The notes beneath the pieces were generated by a model. That model made no database searches, was not told the origin of the DNA, and was given only the letters and a program-made list of their open reading frames with translations. From Clostridiales bacterium (GTDB taxonomy: Bacteria; Bacillota; Clostridia; Saccharofermentanales; DTU023), in NCBI GenBank assembly GCA_004556455.1, contig SFGY01000002.1, forward strand, positions 85,902 through 149,901: a stretch of DNA of 64,000 nt, given 5' to 3'. The translations under genes and the position numbers were made by a program. Below are positions 46,751-56,096 of the stretch, in pieces (positions within the stretch are counted from its first letter, which is position 1; each line of letters starts with the position of its first letter).

Positions 46751-48253
46751 ATGTCTGTGGTTTTTGATCAATTGTCGCGCACTTTCAGTGAATTTCTATT
46801 GCTGCCCAACCTCACCTCGGTCGACTGCACCCCCGACAAGGTTCAGCTGGACAGCCCCATGGTTCGCTTTAAAAAAGAGGAGGAATCCCCTCTGCGACTA
46901 AATATTCCCTTTACTTCGGCGATCATGCAGGCGGTTTCAGACGATAAGATGGCTATAGCGCTGGCCCGCAACGGTGGCCTTTCCTTTATCTACGGTTCGC
47001 AGCCTGTAGAACGACAGGCGGAGATGGTGCATCGGGTTAAATCCTATAAAGCCGGTTTTGTCCCATCAGACAGCAATCTGACGCCAGATCATACGCTGGC
47101 AGATATTCTTGACCTTAAGGAGCAGACAGGCCACTCGACTGTCGCCATCACCGATGACGGCAGTCCTGACGGCAAGCTTCTCGGCCTGGTTACCTCGCGG
47201 GATTACCGCATTTCCCGCCTTTCTACCGATACCAAAATCCGTGATTTCATGACGCCCATGGATCAGATTATTTACGCTGAGGCCGGGGTGAGTCTGACCG
47301 AAGCGAACGACATCATCTGGGAACATAAGCTCAATCAACTTCCCGTGATCGATAAGGACGGCCATCTGCTCGCCCTGGTTTTCCGTAAGGATTATGACGA
47401 CCACAAGGAGAATCCGCTGGAGTTGCTTGACTCGCATAAACGCCTGCTCTGCGGAGCCGGAATCAACACCCGCGATTATAAGGAACGCGTTCCGGCCCTG
47501 GTTGAGGCCGGTGCAGATGTACTCTGCATGGATTCTTCCGATGGTTTCTCCGAATGGCAGCGCGACTGTCTCGCGTGGATCCACAAGAATTATGGCTCTT
47601 CCGTTTACGTTGGGGCGGGCAATGTGGTCGATGCTGAGGGCTTTAACTATCTGGCGGAAGCGGGTGCCGACTTTATCAAAATCGGTATTGGCGGCGGCTC
47701 CATCTGCATTACCCGGGAGCAGAAGGGCATAGGCTGCGGTCAGGCCTCCGCTGTGATGGCTGTGGCCAAAGCACGGGATGCCTGGCTGGAAAAGACCGGA
47801 GAGTACATTCCCATTTGTTCAGACGGGGGCATCGTCTATGACTACCACATGGCTCTCGCCCTAGCCATGGGTGCGGACTTCCTCATGTTTGGCCGCTATT
47901 TTGCCCGCTTTGATGAAGCTCCCGGACGCCTGATCTCCTTAAAGGGCAGCTATGTGAAAGAGTATTGGGGCGAAGGTTCCAACCGCGCCCGCAACTGGCA
48001 GCGCTATGATGCAGGTGGCAAAGGAGGGCGCATGGCCTTTGAAGAAGGCGTCGATTCGTATGTCCCCTATGCCGGGCCGCTCAAAGAGAACGTGCGGGCC
48101 TCTCTGGCGAAAATCAAGGCCACCATGGTTTCCTGCGGCTCCATCTCTATCCCGGAGTTTCAGCGGAAAGCCCGCCTCGTGGTCGTTTCGCCGACGAGTA
48201 TCGTAGAGGGCGGCGCACACGATGTGATCCGCAAGGAAAATGAGCTGCGCTGA
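46751..48253 (+). CDS. IMP dehydrogenase-family protein with CBS pair
   Basis: From [12 protein letters not shown] (RBS aaaaggag). TIM-barrel motifs [13 protein letters not shown] (Cys loop) and CSDGGI. The CBS region is VTSRDYR...[18 protein letters not shown]. The Cys loop differs from the canonical GuaB GPGSICTTR, so I assign no symbol. Confidence 0.7.
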   Translation: MSVVFDQLSRTFSEFLLLPNLTSVDCTPDKVQLDSPMVRFKKEEESPLRLNIPFTSAIMQAVSDDKMAIALARNGGLSFIYGSQPVERQAEMVHRVKSYKAGFVPSDSNLTPDHTLADILDLKEQTGHSTVAITDDGSPDGKLLGLVTSRDYRISRLSTDTKIRDFMTPMDQIIYAEAGVSLTEANDIIWEHKLNQLPVIDKDGHLLALVFRKDYDDHKENPLELLDSHKRLLCGAGINTRDYKERVPALVEAGADVLCMDSSDGFSEWQRDCLAWIHKNYGSSVYVGAGNVVDAEGFNYLAEAGADFIKIGIGGGSICITREQKGIGCGQASAVMAVAKARDAWLEKTGEYIPICSDGGIVYDYHMALALAMGADFLMFGRYFARFDEAPGRLISLKGSYVKEYWGEGSNRARNWQRYDAGGKGGRMAFEEGVDSYVPYAGPLKENVRASLAKIKATMVSCGSISIPEFQRKARLVVVSPTSIVEGGAHDVIRKENELR

Positions 48254-48372
48254 GAAAGCAGCCTGTAGCTAAGGCAGAGAAGAAAATTTCCACAAAGTCG
48301 CGTGACAGAAGCGGCTGAAATGGTATAGTCTTCTAAGAAAATGTTCTGAAAACTATAGAAAGAGGAATATGT

Positions 48373-48852
48373 ATGGCCAATGAAGTTTTTGATATGACCC
48401 TGGAGGGCATTCAGGATCTGCAAAAAGAACTCGACGAACGCAAGGGAACCATTTCCCTGGAGATCGCTGAACGGCTGAAAGAGGCGCGTTCGCAGGGGGA
48501 TCTATCGGAAAACTCTGAATATGATGATGCCAAAGAGGCCCAGGCCAACAACGAGTTTCGCATTGCCGAAATCGAAAAAATTCTGAAAAACGCCCGCGTT
48601 ATCGACGAGTCGGAAATTTCTAACAAAGAGGTGACGCTCGGCTCCAAGGTTCTGATAAAAGACGTTGCCGACGGCGAAGAAGAAGAATATGTTCTGGTCA
48701 GCGCCCGTGAAGAAGATATTTTCAGCGGCAAAATTTCCAATGAATCCCCCGTCGGCTCGGCCATTCTCGGCAAGAAAAAAGGCGAACTGGTGCACGTTAA
48801 AACGCCCATGGGGACGATGGATTATAAGATTATCAAAATCGGCAGGCCTTAA
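48373..48852 (+). CDS. greA: Transcription elongation factor GreA
   Basis: 159 aa. AEARSQGDLSENSEYDDAKEAQ coiled-coil tip. C-terminal ISNESPVGSAILGKKKGE. Confidence 0.9.
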   Translation: MANEVFDMTLEGIQDLQKELDERKGTISLEIAERLKEARSQGDLSENSEYDDAKEAQANNEFRIAEIEKILKNARVIDESEISNKEVTLGSKVLIKDVADGEEEEYVLVSAREEDIFSGKISNESPVGSAILGKKKGELVHVKTPMGTMDYKIIKIGRP

Positions 48853-48912
48853 TCCCGGGGGATAAAGGATAAGAGCCGAGTGAGGAAGATGAGAGAAGGA
48901 AAGCAGGACTTT

Positions 48913-50892
48913 ATGGCAGAAGATAGAAGAGAACTGAGCGAACAGGAACAGTTCCGTCTGGATAAATTACTGGCTCTTGAGGCCGCGGGCGAGCTCCCTT
49001 TTACAATCACAAAAAGCGCACAGGACACCCACAGCAGCCAGATCACCGAAAATTTTGACGCCTGTGAAGGCAAGACGGTCTGTGTAGCCGGGCGCATCAT
49101 GAGCAAGCGCGGTATGGGCAAAGTGAGCTTTGTCGATTTGCAGGACCGCGCGGGGCGCATTCAGATTTTCAGCAAGATCGACAAGTTGGGCGAAGAGAGC
49201 TATAAAGCCTGGCAAAATCTCGACATCGGCGATCTGGTCGAAGTGACGGGAGAAGTATTCCGGACCCAGCGCGGAGAAATTTCCATCCGCAACGCAGCAT
49301 ACAAGCTGCTGGCCAAATCCCTGCGCCCTCTGCCCGAAAAATTCCACGGCCTGCAGGACACGGATACGCGCTATCGCAAGCGTTATCTGGATCTCATTGT
49401 GAATCCGGCAGTCCAGGATACCTTTATCAAGCGTTCGAAGATTATTTCCATTTTCCGCCGGGAACTGGATAAGCTCGACTATATTGAAGTGGAAACTCCG
49501 CTGCTCAACGTGATTGCCGGCGGGGCGACGGCGCGTCCCTTTGTGACTCACCACAATGCTCTCGACATGGATCTCTTTCTGCGCATCTCGCCGGAACTTT
49601 ACCTGAAACGCCTGATTATCGGCGGTTTGGAGCGTGTCTACGAAATCGGCCGCAATTTCCGTAACGAGGGCATTGACGTCCGCCACAACCCCGAGTTCAC
49701 GATGATCGAGCTCTATCAGGCCTATACCGATTATCATGGCATGATGGATATGGCCGAACACCTGATCACCACGGCCTGCCAGGAAGTCAACGGAACGCTG
49801 AAAATCAGCTATGATGGCTGTGATCTCGATCTGACGCCGCCCTTCCGCCGCCTCAGCATGAATGACGCCATTAAAGAAACCTGCGGCGTCGATTTTTATC
49901 AGGTCAAAGATGTCGAAGAGGCACGGCAATTCGCCATCGAGCACAAGCTTGAGGATCTCAAGGACACCATGGGCAAGGGCGATATCATGAATCTCTTCTT
50001 TGAGCAGAAATGTGAAGCCCTCCTGATTCAGCCGACCTTTATTTATGATTATCCCATCGAGATTTCGCCCCTGACCAAGAAAAAGCCCGGCCATCCCGAT
50101 ATCGTCGAGCGCTTTGAACTCTTTATTCATGGCATGGAATTCGGCAACGCCTATTCCGAATTGAATGATCCCCGCGATCAGCGCGAGCGCTTCGCCGCTC
50201 AGCTGAAAAAGCGCACGGAGGGCGATGACGAGGCCAATATTCCGGATGAAGATTATGTCGAAGCGATGGAATACGGCCTGCCGCCCACCGGAGGCCTTGG
50301 CATCGGCATCGACCGCGTGGTCATGCTGCTCACCAATAACAGCTCCATCCGCGATGTCCTGCTGTTCCCAACGATGAAACCCCTCGACAAAAACGTCGCT
50401 GCAAAAGCGGACGTGACGGAGCAGAACGCTGCAGCTATTTCAGCTTTCGTTAACCCGGCGGATATGACCCAAGCTGCACAGGGCTGTGAAGCTACGACTA
50501 TTCCTGCAGAAGCCATCGATTTCAGCAAGGTCGAAATTGAACCGCTCTTTGAGGATTTCGTTGACTTTGAGACCTTTGCCAAATCTGACTTCCGCGCCGT
50601 CAAGGTCAAAGAATGCGAGGCAGTCAAAAAGTCCAAAAAGCTTCTGAAATTCGTCCTCGACGACGGCACAGGTGTTGACCGGATCATCCTGAGCGGGATT
50701 CACGAAACATACGAACCCGAAGAACTGCTCGGCAAGACCCTCCTCGCCATCACCAACCTGCCACCCCGAAAAATGATGGGCATCGATTCCTGCGGCATGA
50801 TTATCTCCGCCGTACACCACGAAGACGGCGTCGAAAAACTCCGCTGCCTGATGCTCGATCCCCGCATCCCCGCCGGTGCAAAAATGTATTAA
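48913..50892 (+). CDS. lysS: Lysine--tRNA ligase (class II) with a C-terminal fused tRNA-binding (Trbp111/MetRS-C-like) domain
   Basis: From MAEDRRELSEQEQ. OB fold, class II motifs (FRNEGID..HNPEFT; GIGIDRVVML). After ~LFPTMKP there is a ~55-aa linker and then DFRAVKVKECEAVKKSKKLLKFVLDDGTG.DRIILSGI...LPPRKMMGIDSCGMIISA. Confidence 0.85.
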   Translation: MAEDRRELSEQEQFRLDKLLALEAAGELPFTITKSAQDTHSSQITENFDACEGKTVCVAGRIMSKRGMGKVSFVDLQDRAGRIQIFSKIDKLGEESYKAWQNLDIGDLVEVTGEVFRTQRGEISIRNAAYKLLAKSLRPLPEKFHGLQDTDTRYRKRYLDLIVNPAVQDTFIKRSKIISIFRRELDKLDYIEVETPLLNVIAGGATARPFVTHHNALDMDLFLRISPELYLKRLIIGGLERVYEIGRNFRNEGIDVRHNPEFTMIELYQAYTDYHGMMDMAEHLITTACQEVNGTLKISYDGCDLDLTPPFRRLSMNDAIKETCGVDFYQVKDVEEARQFAIEHKLEDLKDTMGKGDIMNLFFEQKCEALLIQPTFIYDYPIEISPLTKKKPGHPDIVERFELFIHGMEFGNAYSELNDPRDQRERFAAQLKKRTEGDDEANIPDEDYVEAMEYGLPPTGGLGIGIDRVVMLLTNNSSIRDVLLFPTMKPLDKNVAAKADVTEQNAAAISAFVNPADMTQAAQGCEATTIPAEAIDFSKVEIEPLFEDFVDFETFAKSDFRAVKVKECEAVKKSKKLLKFVLDDGTGVDRIILSGIHETYEPEELLGKTLLAITNLPPRKMMGIDSCGMIISAVHHEDGVEKLRCLMLDPRIPAGAKMY

Positions 50893-51117
50893 ACCGGTTC
50901 TGCCCAACTTGGCAGACAGGCCCGCTGAGAAAGCGCGCACAACAACGCCGCCTTTCCAGCTGAAAAAGCACGCACACAAATGCACGCTTTTCCAGTTGAT
51001 GCAACTCGTAAACATGGCTCCAGGCAGCCAAGCCGCAGGGTAGCTCGTGCCTCCTCAGCCAACCTGGGGAAAACGCAGCAAACCTTAGTTGCCCGTAAAC
51101 ATCACATTAGCATAGTC

Positions 51118-51151
51118 AAAAGCCCGCTGACACCCCTCAGCGGGCTTTTTT
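51118..51151 (+). terminator. Rho-independent terminator downstream of lysS
   Basis: aaaAGCCCGCTGAcaccccTCAGCGGGCTttttt. It lies ~230 nt after the lysS stop. Confidence 0.8.
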
Positions 51152-51275
51152 ACGAGAATTGATAATAAATAAAAACTTTCAAGCCTCGGTATACTATCCA
51201 AAGAAATATTAAATGTCACCAAAGTGAACATTAAAACAGATCAACGTATACGGACATTTATTCTCGGCATTTGAG

Positions 51276-53162
51276 CTACTCTTCCTCATCACTGATCTTA
51301 TCCGCGACCAGCCATTCAGACTCGGGGCGGCAGATGAGGCGCGCATCGAGGTAGGCCCAGTTGAGGAAAATCACGGTGTGAATGGTGTAGATATTGTTTT
51401 GGTTCGTTGCATTGCAAGAGGCAATCATAGCGCGGTCGGGCTGGTCATAGTTGGAAAAGGAAACCGGAAGGAGGAAGCAGGAATTCTCAAGCTCCGGGTT
51501 GTAGCAGGGAACCACGGCCCGCCAGTTCCAAGCCAGCTTTTTAACCGCCATACCGATGACATTTTCAAGGGCATTTTGAAGCTGCCGGTAGAGATTCGTA
51601 ATCTCCGCGTTCGGCTGATGATCAATGACCACCGGCTTGAGGAGGTCCCGAATTTGCTTGTATTTCTCCGCGTCGGAATCCGCGGAGTTCAGAATGGCCA
51701 GAAGTTGGGGAGAGTTGTTGGCCTGGTTACGGTAGAAATCCAGGGGGATACGATCGCAACGCTGGATCAGAATATGGGCATCGTCATATTCTGGTATGGT
51801 GATTTGATTGCTCTCGTTGAAGCCAAGTTGCCAGACTGTCTCCGCCCGCGTGCTGAAATATTCAGGGGGTTTGGGCAGGCCGATCTTTTCCGAAAGAACC
51901 TTGCCCAGGCCGCCTCTGCCGGGGACCGTGAAACCCTGGAGACAATAGCTTTGCTGGTAATATAAGGGGTGGACTTCTCTGGCGGACTGTTCCTCGTTAT
52001 GCTCGAAAACCGCGTACAGATATTTATAGGTGTTTCGGTCGGGCAAACCCGTATTGAAAGCGGCATATTGGCCACTAACATCAAAGCCGATATTATCGGT
52101 TTGGATCTGGTGGGAAAAGGTGTATTGCAGATAGCTGCGCAGGATGCCGAAGTTTTCTTTGGCACCAAAAGACCACTGTTCCTGAAGGGTTTGGTTGGCC
52201 AGCTCCTGAAGCATGTCATACTCCAGGGGACCCGACCATTTTTCCAGCCAGAGTTTTTTGTCAAACATTTTAAAGCCGGCCCCAGCATACGTCGCAGAGT
52301 TAAAATACCAGCCATAGCCCCGGTTGCCTTTGCGTTTGGTACAGAGCAGATAAATCTCCTGGCCCTCTGGGGCAAAATACCCGGTAGGGACATAGAGTTC
52401 ATCGGCATCCTCGGGAGGACAAGTGTGACCATGATCTAAATAGATCAGGACTTCTTCAGAATTAAGGCATCTTTTCTCAATGGCCCGGACAATATCTTGA
52501 GCCGAATCCTTACATTTTGGGAGAATATCGCCAATGGATTGTTCGATGTCATACCAGTTGCCATCGAAAATATTGAAGACCGAGCCCATCTTTTTTCCTG
52601 CAATGAGGATTTGGTCAGCATACCAGGGAATTTTTTCAAATTTGTTTTTAGTACAGTGGAGCAAAATGTCCTGACCTTCCGGGGTTCTATAACCCGTGGG
52701 AAAATCAACGGTCTCCGCCCGACCGAATCCGGAGAATTTAAAATCGGACTCCTGGAGCTCGTTGTAATGGGTCGCGAGGGTTCGGAAAATGCTGTTGGCA
52801 GACTCGGAAAAGCCGGGTATCACTTCTTGCAAAGTCAGAGAAATGATATCGGTATTCACATAAATAAAGTCTTGAAAGCGGCCATGACTATGGGATGAGG
52901 GCGTGTATTTTTTGGGGATAGGCTTGTCCGCCTCTTGGCCTGATAAACGGATATTTTTCGGATAGACATAACCCCGGGTGGTGGGGTCCTTGAGCTCAAA
53001 CTCGACCTCTTGGTCAAGCTGAATCTCTTCAAGGGGGGTATCGCTGTTCGCCCAGTTATAGTCATTAAAACGGTAGGTTCTGCCGTCGTCGCCGGCAATT
53101 TCGCCGAAAAACTTAAAACGGTCGTCCTTATTGGCATCTATTTTTCTAATGGTTCCGCGCAT
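51276..53162 (-). CDS. Hypothetical 628-aa protein, DUF3825-like C-terminus, OB/cold-shock-like N-terminus, internal duplication
   Basis: From MRGTIRKIDANKDDRFKFFGEI. Duplicated segments FPTGYRTPEGQDILLHCTKNKFEKIPWY and VPTGYFAPEGQEIYLLCTKRKGNRGYGWY. The tail (...LANQTLQEQWSFG..NFGILRSYLQYTF...FLNWAYLDARLICRPESEWL) matches the DUF3825 pattern as I recall it. Confidence 0.45.
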   Translation of the reverse strand: MRGTIRKIDANKDDRFKFFGEIAGDDGRTYRFNDYNWANSDTPLEEIQLDQEVEFELKDPTTRGYVYPKNIRLSGQEADKPIPKKYTPSSHSHGRFQDFIYVNTDIISLTLQEVIPGFSESANSIFRTLATHYNELQESDFKFSGFGRAETVDFPTGYRTPEGQDILLHCTKNKFEKIPWYADQILIAGKKMGSVFNIFDGNWYDIEQSIGDILPKCKDSAQDIVRAIEKRCLNSEEVLIYLDHGHTCPPEDADELYVPTGYFAPEGQEIYLLCTKRKGNRGYGWYFNSATYAGAGFKMFDKKLWLEKWSGPLEYDMLQELANQTLQEQWSFGAKENFGILRSYLQYTFSHQIQTDNIGFDVSGQYAAFNTGLPDRNTYKYLYAVFEHNEEQSAREVHPLYYQQSYCLQGFTVPGRGGLGKVLSEKIGLPKPPEYFSTRAETVWQLGFNESNQITIPEYDDAHILIQRCDRIPLDFYRNQANNSPQLLAILNSADSDAEKYKQIRDLLKPVVIDHQPNAEITNLYRQLQNALENVIGMAVKKLAWNWRAVVPCYNPELENSCFLLPVSFSNYDQPDRAMIASCNATNQNNIYTIHTVIFLNWAYLDARLICRPESEWLVADKISDEEE

Positions 53163-53330
53163 GAAGCACCCCCCTGTCAAGACGTATCTGAAATATAAGC
53201 AATGTTTTGATTATACACTATTCCGCAGAGTGGCATGAGAGCGGCAGTACGCTAATCTTTCGTACTCAAGCTGTTATAGGTGATTTAACTCGACTACACC
53301 CCATCAGTTCATTCGGTTTGGGGGTGCGGA

Positions 53331-53347
53331 CAAAATCCTGGACAGCC
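53331..53347 (+). repeat. 17-bp direct repeat copy 1 (caaaatcctggacagcc), candidate attL
   Basis: Exact match to 62562-62578. Confidence 0.5.
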
Positions 53348-53492
53348 GCAAAATACTATCAAAACAAATAATAAATGTCATAATAAAAAAGCAGTAAAGC
53401 TAAAGAATAAGGATATTCCATCAGAAGATTAACATAAGTCATCATTAGAGAGAGCAAGCACAAACTTAAAATGAGAAGGATTTTGCTGGAAG

Positions 53493-53702
53493 ATGAATAA
53501 ACAAGAGCTGGCACAAAAGATCTGGGCTTCGGCCAACCAGATGCGATCCAAAATAGAAGCTAATGAATACAAGGATTATATCCTCGGCTTTATCTTTTAT
53601 AAATATCTTTCCGACAAAGAAGTACGCTTCTTAAAAGAGAACGACTATGACGAAGAACTATTGAAAAGCGTCACCGAAGAGGATCCTGAAACGGTCAAGA
53701 AA
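53493..53702 (+). pseudogene. hsdM: 5' stub (~70 codons) of a second type I R-M methyltransferase gene
   Basis: MNKQELAQKIWASANQMRSKIEANEYKDYILGFIFYKYLSDKE is a typical HsdM N-terminal domain. The reading frame then continues into transposase sequence. Confidence 0.7.
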
Positions 53703-54187
53703 TTAGGCTTGCGGAGCGAACTTCTGGACATGTTCAATTGTGAAACGCTAAGACAAGCGAGGGCCAGGCGGGATGAAATTATTGCCGATTACTCTGAGAA
53801 AGCTCCAAAGGCTATGGAAAGGCTGGACGCAGGCTTTGAAGAAGCCATGACGGTCATGCTCTTACCCAAGGATATGCGTAGGTGCACGCGAACCTCCAAA
53901 CTACTTAGAAAGGCTCAACAAAGAGGTTAAACGTCGTTCTCGAGTGATTGGAATCTTTCCCAATACAAGCTCTGCCATTAGGCTTCTGGGAGCCCACCGC
54001 ATGGAGGAAAATGATCGCAGGGCTACCATACGTAAAATCTACTACAAGGCTGCTATACAGGAACTGAAGGCAAGAACTCACCTGCTCATTGACCTTGCCC
54101 GCCAACAATGCCCCCTGGCTGAAGTCGCTTAGGCAAAGAAACTAACGAAAGCTAATTACAAATTTACACACTATTTTGGACTTGACT
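53703..54187 (+). mobile_element. IS256-family (mutator-type) transposase C-terminal remnant plus right terminal inverted repeat
   Basis: ..APKAMERLDAGFEEAMTVMLLPKDMRRCTRTS, then a +1 frameshift (extra A near 53897) into NYLERLNKEVKRRSRVIGIFPNTSSAIRLLGA... The terminal sequence ..aaatttacacactattttggacttgac (reverse complement gtcaagtccaaaatagtgtgtaaattt) resembles IS256-family IRs. Confidence 0.65.
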
Positions 54188-54189
54188 TG

Positions 54190-54303
54190 GGAATCGACTC
54201 AAAAGGCATGATTATATCTGCAATTTGTGAGTATGACGGAGAAGAAAAACTTAACTTAATAATGTTGGATGATAATATTCCAGCAGGATCAAAATTATAT
54301 TAA
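54190..54303 (+). pseudogene. 3' fragment (37 codons) of a tRNA-binding-domain gene, AT-rich version of the lysS C-terminus
   Basis: GIDSKGMIISAICEYDGEEKLNLIMLDDNIPAGSKLY* versus the host LysS end GIDSCGMIISAVHHEDGVEKLRCLMLDPRIPAGAKMY*, about 24/37 identical by hand. Homology starts exactly at the IS256 end. Confidence 0.6.
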
Positions 54304-54531
54304 AAGAACACGCTAATTATTAAACTTGGGGTTGTTATGAATCCCAGTTTAATTTTTATAATGAAGATTGAAAATTGATAAAAACGTTAGTGACTCTACA
54401 TTGAAATAAATTAGCTGATCTAAGCAGGGCAGGTTTTTATGTTGCGGTCATAAGTGCTGACATAGTATAGCTATTGTGTATGAAAAAAATTTTTTAATAG
54501 ATTTCAAAGGTTAATGTATGAGAGGGTTAGA

Positions 54532-55182
54532 ATGAAGAGAGTTTTGATTATAGAGGATAATAAAGAAATTGCCTTACAAATGGAAAAGTATTTAGTTAAT
54601 AAGGGTTATGAGGTAGAGCTTGCATCATCTTTTTACGAAGCAAACTATAAGATGAATCTAGACATGGATGTGGCACTACTTGATATAAATCTACCAGATA
54701 AAGATGGCCAACATTTGATAGAAAAATTAAAAGATAAGGACATAAGAGTTATTGTAACAACAGTAAAAAATGATGAAGATTTTATAATTGATGCCCTAGA
54801 TCAAGGAGCAGACGACTATTTAACTAAACCATTTTCCCTTGCAATATTAAGGGCTAGAATTGATGCGGTTTTAAGGACAATACCTCTAAGTCAAGACAAA
54901 AAAATTACTTACAAGGATATCAAAATAGATTTAAATGATTCAAAAGTTTATTTTAAAGGTAATCAAATAGATCTAACTCCACTTGAATATGAAATCCTAG
55001 TTTTATTTATTAAAAATCCTCACCGAGTTTATACGAGAGGCCAGCTGTTAGAAATGTTTTGGGAAGATAGGGATAGGTTTGTAAATGACAATACTCTCAC
55101 ATCAACTATTAAGAGAATCAGAGAAAAACTTGATAAGGAAGTAATTTCTACTGCTAGAGGAATTGGATATAGGATGGATTGA
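54532..55182 (+). CDS. OmpR/PhoB-family response regulator
   Basis: MKRVLIIEDNKEIAL...LLDINLPDKDG receiver. Winged helix LTPLEYEILVLFIKNPHRVYTRGQLLEMFW. Very AT-rich. Confidence 0.85.
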   Translation: MKRVLIIEDNKEIALQMEKYLVNKGYEVELASSFYEANYKMNLDMDVALLDINLPDKDGQHLIEKLKDKDIRVIVTTVKNDEDFIIDALDQGADDYLTKPFSLAILRARIDAVLRTIPLSQDKKITYKDIKIDLNDSKVYFKGNQIDLTPLEYEILVLFIKNPHRVYTRGQLLEMFWEDRDRFVNDNTLTSTIKRIREKLDKEVISTARGIGYRMD

Positions 55183-55183
55183 G

Positions 55184-56044
55184 ATGATATATGTATTTTG
55201 GATAATAAGTCTGGGACTTCTTTATTATTTTTTAGAAAAAAGAAAGAAAAATAGAATAAATGAGCTTATAGATCTGATAGAAAAAATGAAGAATCAAGAC
55301 TATAAAATTCCTATGAAGCAAGACGATTTTTCGATTTTAGAAGATAAGATTTACAAACTTTTTATAGAAATAGTCGAAGCAAAAGAGACAAGTACTAGAA
55401 ATAGTGAAAAGCAAATAGAATACCTAGAAGATATCGCCCATCAAATTAAAACTCCTATTACATCTATGCTTTTTTCCATAGATAGTTTGGAGATGGACTT
55501 TCCAGATAAGGATGATATAGAGATTTTAAAAAGGCAAACAATCAGATTAAACTCCCTATCAGATATTTTGCTTAAACTATCAAGCCTTGATGCAAACAAA
55601 GATCTTATGAAAAAAGAACAAATTCGTTTAGATGAATTAGTGGATTATGCTTTAGATAGTTTAGATTTAAGAAAATCTATCAATGTAGAAATAGAGAAGA
55701 GTTTAAAGAAAAATAGCATTTGTGGAGATTTTTATTGGCTGGCAGAAGCTATCATCAATATTATAAAGAATGCTGTTAATAGACCGACTTGTGACAAAAT
55801 TGTGGTTTCATCATACAAAAATCCCCTATATACAAGCTTAATCATTGAAGACAATGGAGGAGGAATAGAAAAAGAAAATATTAAAAAAATCTTTAAACGC
55901 TTTTATAAAACACCCGACTCAAATGGCTTTGGAATAGGTCTTGCTATGGCGAAGACAATTGTCGAAAAAAACAACGGAGAAATTTCTGTTTCCAATATTG
56001 ATGCTGGAGCAAGATTTGAAATTAAATTTTACAATGTCACCTAA
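55184..56044 (+). CDS. Small histidine kinase with a single N-terminal TM and no extracellular sensor (intramembrane-sensing type)
   Basis: MIYVFWIISLGLLYYFL TM. H-box LEDIAHQIKTPITSM. ATPase IIEDNGGGI...GFGIGLAMAKTIVEKNNGEI. Its start is 1 nt after the regulator stop. Confidence 0.8.
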   Translation: MIYVFWIISLGLLYYFLEKRKKNRINELIDLIEKMKNQDYKIPMKQDDFSILEDKIYKLFIEIVEAKETSTRNSEKQIEYLEDIAHQIKTPITSMLFSIDSLEMDFPDKDDIEILKRQTIRLNSLSDILLKLSSLDANKDLMKKEQIRLDELVDYALDSLDLRKSINVEIEKSLKKNSICGDFYWLAEAIINIIKNAVNRPTCDKIVVSSYKNPLYTSLIIEDNGGGIEKENIKKIFKRFYKTPDSNGFGIGLAMAKTIVEKNNGEISVSNIDAGARFEIKFYNVT

Positions 56045-56096
56045 AAATCACTTTACTTTTATATGCTTACCTTGACATAAGAAAAAGGAGGCAGTT

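Noticed and set aside
45113-51015. Long antisense ORFs opposite pyrG, the IMPDH-family gene, greA and lysS (e.g. 45656..46321, 47066..47584, 48967..50130, 50440..51015).
   Set aside because: They overlap strongly supported housekeeping genes on the other strand and have no motifs or RBS.
50893-51117. ~225-nt untranslated stretch between the lysS stop and its terminator, with loosely repeated ..tttccag(c/t)tga.. and gcccgctga strings.
   Set aside because: There is no ORF, no convincing secondary structure beyond the terminator, and the repeats are short. It may be a decayed gene remnant or a 3' UTR, but nothing is supportable from sequence alone.
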